From an uncultured delta proteobacterium (lineage in GTDB: Bacteria > Desulfobacterota > Binatia > UBA9968): a stretch of 64,000 bases of DNA. Shown one piece after another: positions 57,219 to 64,000 of the stretch; position 1 is the stretch's first letter; each line of letters starts with the position of its first letter. The notes under the pieces were generated by a model. It worked only from the letters and a program-made list of their open reading frames with translations, did no database searches and was not told the DNA's origin. Both the position numbers and the translations under genes were made by a program. The DNA is taken from assembly GCA_963727625.1 (NCBI GenBank), contig CAVSHR010000008.1, positions 96,001-160,000 on the forward strand. Direction: 5' to 3'.

Positions 57219-58861
57219 GTGTCAGCACCCATTGATCAAGCCCCCTATGATTCTACCGATTCGGTTAGTCCACGGCGGTTATCTGTGAGCCAATTGGAAA
57301 TGAGTATCAAAATACCGCCGAAGGAGAGGATGAGCTACACCAGTGTTTTGTGGAAGGTGGTCTCAATATGTTTTGTTCTTTTGTTGATATTCGCTTCGAC
57401 CGTAAAGCTCGAAAGTGTGCCTCCCCTATGGTGGGATGAAGGCTGGACCCTATCGGTGGCTCGTCACTGGGTTGAAGAAGGGTTCTACGGGAGGTTGTTG
57501 CTGGGGAACCAGGTCGCCCCGGGCCTAGAAGCGCATTTCACAGTTACAGCCCCTATTGCGTTGTCTTTCTGGTTATTTGGCGTTGGTGTGTGGCAGGGTC
57601 GATTGGTCGGAGTGCTCTTCTTTTTCGGAACGACTGTCCTCTTTTACCGGTTGGCTATTCACCTCTATGATCGTTGGGTGGCCAACCTGACTCTGGTGGC
57701 GTTATTTCTAATGGCCATTGCGCCGCAATGGCATCCCGTCGTAATGGCCAGACAAGTCCTGGGCGAAACGCCCATGCTGTTTTTTTTGTTGGCCGGTGTT
57801 TTCTCTTTTACTTGGCAATTTCTCGTAACTTGTGCTTTTTCCCCTTTGCAGTAACATGCTGGGCGATTGGCACTTTGACCAAAGCGCAAGCTTTTCCGTT
57901 CTGGGCAGCATCTTTACTTCTACCATTGATGTTGATGGTTTCTTCTCGCCAGTGGAAACATGCGATTCTTGTTTCCTCGGGGTTTTTTTTCTCGCTTCTA
58001 ACTGCAAAGTGTATTTCCTTTTTACAAAGACTAATTCTTGCGCATCATACCCTGCCGAGTCCAGGCGTCACGGGTATCTACGATGTCTTGGCCTTTGTTC
58101 CAGACAGTGACGTCCGATTGAGAGCTCTCCAAGTATCGGTGTTTCTTTTGCCTACGATTATTGGGGTAGTTTACGCTTTCCGCGAATTAAAGTTAGGCAA
58201 ATGGCGCGAGTCCAGAAGCGCCGTTGAAGTTGGTCGTATGATGCTCTTGGGGTTCGTTGGTAGTTGGTTGACGTGGTACATGTTTTCGTCAAACGGCCAC
58301 CCTAGATACGCCTTTCCGGCTAGCTTTGTTGGGAGTATCTTCGTCGCGAAGCTGCTGCACGATCTTTTGGATAACAAATCTCAGATCTTTCAGTGGCGCA
58401 AAACAGCTCGTTCGTCAAATTTTCTAAACCGACATTTGCACCCTGAGCGGTTACTGGCAATATTGCTGATTGGCTTTTGGGCAATACCAACGATACGAAT
58501 GCTTCATAAAGTGTATTTTATCGACGCTGATCACTCTGCCTTGGAAGTTGCCCACTTTCTGAATACTCAAACGCCCGATGCCACGGTCGTGGAAACCTAC
58601 GATAGTGAAATCCAGTTCCTGCTTAAGCGTCCGTATCATTTTCCGCCCGATCAGATAATCGTAGATTTGATTCAACGAGCCATAGTCGGACACAAACGAA
58701 ATGTGGTGATCGGGTATGATCCTTTGCTCGCGGATCCAGATTACCTAGTGATCGGTGAGTTCATAAAAGGTTTAAGACTTTACGATCCTGTCCTTCAGAC
58801 CGATGCATTCCGTTTGATCAAGACGTTTGGGCAATATGATGTGTACAAACGGGTGCGATAG
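57219..58861 (+). CDS. ArnT/PMT-like GT-C glycosyltransferase (one frameshift near 57800)
   Basis: WWDEGW after the first TM, GVWQGR, RQVLGE, then LTK and many TMs in the 57674-58861 frame; start uncertain. Confidence 0.75.
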
Positions 58862-58909
58862 TGTGAGCTGTGAACACCACGTAACTCGCTTGCACCCGTG
58901 TTGCTTTCA

Positions 58910-61900
58910 TTAGTTTGTATTCCTCGTATCGTCAACTGTGAGAGGTGTGGTACCGACGAGGCTAAACTTATTCCGTTTAGTCTGGTTGTAGACCTCCACG
59001 GTTACGGTACCGGCGCTCAGTCCTGGACGCGGCCCGCCGATGCTGGTCGCGTCGGTGGGATAAGGAACAGTTAGACTGGTTCCGCTACCGGAAGTGGCGC
59101 GGGCCTGAGCGATAGCCAGACCGTCGCGAACGAAGTTAACGACGGGCAACCCGAAGCCCAGATTGGCAAAGCCACCGCCGGTGATCGTGAAAGCGGTAGG
59201 TGGAGCAGCTAAGTCTATTGGATTGGGGGTAATCGAGCTTACGCTGGGCGTAGCGCGTGTATCGTTGACGGTTAGAGGAGTAGTACCGATAAGACTGAAA
59301 CTGCTCGGTCCAGACTGGTTGTAGACCTCGACGGTTACCGGACCGGCACTGAGTCCTGGAGCGGCCCGCCGATGCTGGTCGCGTCGGTGGGATAAGGAAC
59401 GGTGAGACTGGTTCCCGTGGTAGAAGTGGCGCGGGCCTGAGCGATAGCCAGACCGTTGCGAGTGAAGTTTACTACGGGCAGGCCGAAGCCCAGATTGGCA
59501 AAGCCACCGCCGGTGATCGTGAAAGCGGTAGGTGGAGCAGCTAAGTCTATTGGATTGGGGGTAATCGAGCTTACGCTGGGCGTAGCGCGTGTATCGTTGA
59601 CGGTTAGAGGAGTGGTACCGATAAGACTGAAACTGCTCGGTCCAGACTGGTTGTAGACCTCGACGGTTACCGGACCGGCACTGAGTCCTGGACGCGGCCC
59701 GCCGATGCTGGTCGCGTCGGTGGGATAAGGAACGGTGAGACTGGTTCCCGTGGTAGAAGTGGCGCGGGCCTGAGCGATAGCCAGACCGTTGCGAGTGAAG
59801 TTTACTACGGGCAGGCCGAAGCCCAGATTGGCAAAGCCACCGCCGGTGATCGTGAAAGCGGTAGGTGGAGCAGCTAAGTCTATTGGATTGGGGGTAATTG
59901 AGCTGACGCTGGGTGCAGCGCGCGTATCGTTAACGGTCAAAGTCGTGGTACCGAGGGGGCTGAAACTGCTCGGTCCAGACTGGTTGTAGACCTCGACGGT
60001 TACCGGACCGGCACTGAGTCCTGGACGCGGCCCGCCGATGCTGGTCGCGTCGGTGGGATAAGGAACAGTTAGACTGGTTCCCGTGGTAGAAGTGGCGCGG
60101 GCCTGAGCGATAGCCAGACCATCGCGAACGAAGTTAACGACGGGCAGGCCGAAGCCCAGATCGGCAAAGCCGTTGCCGGTGATAGTGAACGTGTCGGTGG
60201 TGAAGCCAGGTCAATGGGATTCGGTGTAATCGAGCTAACTTCCGCCGCGGCGCCAGTCACCGTTACTGACGCACCATCTGCACCGGTGAAATTCACGTTA
60301 CCAGCAAATGTTCCTAAAGTGGTCGGCGCAAAACGCACTGTAACGTTCTGACTCTGGCCGGCACTGAGACTATAGGTACCCCCCGACACAATCGAGAAAG
60401 GCGCGTTAGTCGTGGCATTTCCCGCAAATATCCCGCCGCCGGTATTTGTGACGTAATATTGTTATCGCTGGAGCCCCCCAGGCCGACGCCGCCAAAATTG
60501 ATAGAGCTTGGTGTGACCTCAATGGTCGGGTTTGCGACATTGACGGTAATTTTGTCGTTGCCGGGGAATGTAAGGGTATAAGTTCCCGTCGCGCTCGGCG
60601 TCCATTGACCGGAATAGATTCCGTCTCCTGCCGCCTGATCGGCGCCGGCGCCGTCGTCGAGCAGCGTTACCGAAGAATTTCCCGGACTGACAGTGACGTA
60701 GACACTGCCATTGGGGTTGGCGCAATTGATATTTTGAAATGCGAGACCCACCGGTACACCCGGCGATGCGCTGATCGTGCTGTTGATCGGCTGTAAGCGT
60801 GTTTGAATGACTTTGTTGGAGCAGGTCATGGCGCCGTTGGCGTTGATCCGCTTTCCGCTGATCGTATTCGACATGGAGCTGACGGTATCGCCGCCGGCCA
60901 AAATCAGGTTTTTAATTGCGCGCCAATCCCGGTTGGGATCTTGAGCTTTGAGAAGAGCTGCTAAACCGGATACATGGGGAGTCGCCATCGACGTGCCGTC
61001 CAGCGATGCGTAACCGCCTCCGGGAACGGTGCTTAGGATGCCTTGACCGGGCGCGCCGACATGCACCGTGTGGCGGCCATAGTTTGAGAAACCGGCTTTG
61101 CCATCGTTGCTTTTGGTCGCGGCCACGCAAATGATATTAGCGAGGAAATAGTTGCAGGGATAAAATGGCGTCAGGTCATTATTCTGCCCGATGCCAAGCC
61201 AATTTCCGTTACCCGCCCCGGCGATGAATAGAATCCCGCTCTGGCGCTGCTCGTCGATGGCGTCATACAGCGCCTGTGAATTCTCATCTCCGCCCCAGCT
61301 ATTGCTGGTGGCGACAATGTTGACGCCACGCGCCTTCATGTCTTTGACATAGTCCAAGCATTCGATGGCTCCTTCGGTGGTCGCCGATCCGTTGGCATCG
61401 AAGAATTTGCACGCCAGCAGCTTAACGTTCCAGTTGACCCCGACCACACCGATACCATTGTTGCCCACCGCACCGATGGTGCCGGCCACATGTGTGCCAT
61501 GGTAGTGATCATCCATCGGATCAGAGTTGCCATAGGCCACGTTGATGCCGAAGCAATCGTCGACGTAACCATTGCCGTCATCGTCCACCCCATTGCTGTT
61601 GCAGTCGGCCGAGTTGCGAAACATGTTGGCCGCCAAGTCCGGGTGAGTGTAGTCGATGCCGGTGTCGATCACGGCCACCACCGCATCGCTGCTGCCGGTG
61701 GTAATATTCCATGCGCCGGGGGCGTTAATTTTGGTAAGACCCCACAAGCTGCCGAAACTCGGATCGTTGGGGATGGCGGTTAGTTCGGGTTTGGCAGTGA
61801 GCCTGAGGATGTAGTTGGGCTCGGCGTACAGTACGTTGGGATCTTGTTCCAGAGCGTCGATGGCGTCCTGAACCGACACGTTGGCGGCTAACTTCATCAC

Positions 61901-62131
61901 TTCGAGTCCGGGAACGGTTTTAAAGGCTCTTTTACGATTGCCGAAGACCCGAAAGCGTGCCAGATCCTTTTGCGACTGCTCGACGCCAGTACGAAATCTG
62001 ACGATGACCTCGCCGGAAACATATTCGGGCCCTTGTTTCTGCGATTGGGCGGCGTACTGCGAGCTCGAGCGCGTGTCCAATACCAGAAGGCCAAGTAGGA
62101 AGAGAACGGTAAGGCCGATCCGTTTGGTCAT
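58910..62131 (-). CDS. Secreted S8 subtilisin-family protease with C-terminal Ig-like domains (about 1070 aa; three apparent frameshifts)
   Basis: Signal peptide, propeptide (YAEPNY), triad VIDTG / HGTHVAG / GTSMATPHV, LLDDGAGADQAAGDGIYS motif, ASH-like domain (VTVRFAP), then repeats to the stop at 58910; frames break near 60450, 60190 and 59360. Confidence 0.85.
58913..60240 (-). repeat. Four tandem 333-bp (111-aa) IPT/TIG-like repeats
   Basis: Near-identical units (ORF-track entries 59456 and 59789 are 333 bp apart); unit VSSITPNPIDLAAPPTAFTITGGGF...LTVNDTRA. Confidence 0.92.
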
Positions 62132-62676
62132 GGGAGCCTCCTGAAAATGACTTTTTCTGCACTAGCCGATGCGACCCGTGCAATATGAAATGGTTGCGTG
62201 AGCGCTTGTATCTGCATGCCGCCCGGCTTCGGTCGCTTTTCGATAAACGAGACCGTAAGTATGCTGTCGCTTCGTTGCGCGCTGGTGATCTCTATTTCAT
62301 AGCCGCCCGTAGGTTTTTCGCCGAGAAAGACCGCTATGATCAATTCGTTGCTAAAATCCATGGCTGGCGGCGGCGGCGAATTTGATTGGATCGACACATG
62401 CTTTTGCCACAACTTCTGCCATTCGGCTCTGTTGCGAATGACTGTTTGCAGGGACTCGCGGATGCCACTTCGATAGCCTTTCGCAACGGTTTGGAAAGAC
62501 AGTGGACTTGCTGACGCCATCTTGCTTTCCGCAGCGGTTAGAGAAACGAAAACAAACAAAATTGAAGCAAGGAAAACATGGCTCTTGCCCAACCGCCGCG
62601 GCCTCGCGATAACCGTAAAATACGGGCGCAAATTCGACATACTATGAAGTTGCTTCATGAGCAAAAGCCGATCCAA
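62128..62676 (-). CDS. PrcB C-terminal-domain protein
   Basis: VIRNRAEWQKLW, PAMDF, LGEKPTGGYEIEI, QALTQPFHI; signal-like hydrophobic stretch; true start probably downstream of 62676. Confidence 0.8.
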   Translation of the reverse strand: MDRLLLMKQLHSMSNLRPYFTVIARPRRLGKSHVFLASILFVFVSLTAAESKMASASPLSFQTVAKGYRSGIRESLQTVIRNRAEWQKLWQKHVSIQSNSPPPPAMDFSNELIIAVFLGEKPTGGYEIEITSAQRSDSILTVSFIEKRPKPGGMQIQALTQPFHIARVASASAEKVIFRRLP

Positions 62677-63404
62677 TTAGGAAAAAGGGATCGAGAGTTC
62701 CCTTGATTTCCTCAGATCTCGCTAAAGTTCCACCAATGGCAAACTCTTGGTGCAGCCCCCGGCTTAACCGGCTGACATGGTTCGCCACCGTGTTGGCATG
62801 CTTATCGGTGCTTGCTCCGAGGACTCCCTTATAACTAAGGCAATGCTTGGTCAAGTCCTCCGTGTTAGGTTTATCGAATCGTTTTTCGGGTTCGAAATTT
62901 TTCCAAAAACTGCGTTACTATGAACGCGATGTTCGAATTGTTTGAAAGTTGACGAAGAGCTCTCAATAGTCGGTAGATTCTAGGTTCCAACGACAAGCCT
63001 ACTTTGGGAGAGCGTTGCAAGGTCTGCCAACATGTTTCCGGGGGCCGACGATGTGAAAAGGCTTATCTCATTGACGCTGGTAATTCGGCTGATTTGCCCA
63101 GTCGAACAAACTTACGCGGCCTAGGCGGTTTTTGACTCTCCCTAACCGGGCCTTTTGCACTGTGACAATTCGCCGTTAGATAGGGCTACTTTAATGGTCG
63201 AACTCGACAAGGTCGTGTACGCGAATTCGGCAATCCGCCAGCATTTTCAGGACTTCTGTTGTGTTTAGGGGGACTCCTTGCGTATCGGAAGAGATCCATT
63301 CACTATTGGGAATCGGCCACTAGAAGAACATCGTAGGTGCCACCGCTGATTCGGCCGGAGTTACAGCACGCGCCATTGTAGACGCACCGGTTCAACCTTT
63401 CGCA

Positions 63405-64000
63405 ATGTCGGATAACACGATCGCAAAGTTCTACAGATTGATTTTAGCGGCGCTGGTTGCAGGCTCCATCATCTTCCATTTGGCGATCCTTTGGGAGAGT
63501 CGAAAGGAAATTGCCGCAGGCTACGGCGACTTCATCATCTTTTACACCGGCGCACAGATCATTAATGACGGGAAGTCGAAAGAACTGTTCAAGGTCGAAA
63601 CACAAAATGCCTATCAAGCAAAATTCGATGTTCCACAACTGGAATGGCCTTTGCCGTTTAATCACGCGCCGTATGAGCTGATCCCTTTTTTGCCGTTGGC
63701 CCATTTGTCTTATCCGGTAGCTCATGCCATCTGGTCGGGTCTGAATTTACTATTTTTAATCATTATGCTCCGATGGCTTCTGCCGTATGTTCATTCGCCG
63801 CATAGTTTCTTCATTGGAGCATCGGTCCTCGGCTGGTTTCCCACCATGGAGGCGCTGAGGATGGGGCAAGATTCGATCCTATCAACCTTGCTTTTGCTAG
63901 CCGTTTTTGTTGCTTTAAAGCGCCGCCGCGACGGTTGGGCGGGCTTTCTTTTAGCGCTCGGGCTTTACAAACCGCAGCTTGTCCTGCCGATGGCGGGTGC
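63405..64000 (+). CDS. GT87 (DUF2029-like) GT-C glycosyltransferase, partial
   Basis: Hand translation: MSDNTIAKF...GDFIIFYTGA...PFNHAPY...LRMGQDS...YKPQ; runs off the window edge, not in the ORF track. Confidence 0.8.
   Translation, partial: MSDNTIAKFYRLILAALVAGSIIFHLAILWESRKEIAAGYGDFIIFYTGAQIINDGKSKELFKVETQNAYQAKFDVPQLEWPLPFNHAPYELIPFLPLAHLSYPVAHAIWSGLNLLFLIIMLRWLLPYVHSPHSFFIGASVLGWFPTMEALRMGQDSILSTLLLLAVFVALKRRRDGWAGFLLALGLYKPQLVLPMAG

Noticed and set aside
58913-60240. Possible CRISPR array or DGR template/variable repeat
   Set aside because: Units are 333-bp in-frame coding repeats without unique spacers or adenine-specific mismatches; no cas or reverse transcriptase gene is in the window.
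62680-63400. Riboswitch, ncRNA or sigma54 promoter in the 720-bp divergent intergenic region
   Set aside because: TGGCA...TTGC-like hits have the wrong GG-N10-GC spacing and I recognise no riboswitch consensus; an Rfam search would be needed.

Overview
Bacterial chromosomal window. Gene order (rpmE-prfA-prmC-murA-his, xerC-hslVU-argBDFGH-lysA-dapF-dapA-dapB) and composition suggest a deltaproteobacterium-like lineage such as Candidatus Binatia (inference). It has three blocks. (1) 1-16397 is the right end of an integrative, defence-type island. It holds a type I R-M locus (hsdM-hsdS-AAA ATPase-hsdR, with hsdM/hsdS frameshifted), two conserved hypothetical genes, and a Mesh1-like HD hydrolase + CYTH cassette flanked by a perfect 16-bp direct repeat. 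It also holds an IS1634 element interrupted by an IS630 and by a cargo-carrying IS1595 (DUF3800-like gene plus three small ORFs), then alpA, a tyrosine recombinase and a tRNA-3'-end-like att fragment. (2) About 16.5-41.8 kb is intact housekeeping genes, several junctions of which carry short 7-8-nt tandem-repeat arrays or heptad hairpins. (3) About 42-64 kb is a surface-glycan modification region (GT2/GT4/GT-C enzymes, AsnB, many SAM methyltransferases, a NoeA/NoeB-like cassette with a small YLDPG protein) plus a PrcB-domain gene coupled to a large subtilisin with four 333-bp repeats. Many single-base frameshifts in blocks 1 and 3 may be sequencing or assembly errors. All family calls come from motif recognition; no database search was run.
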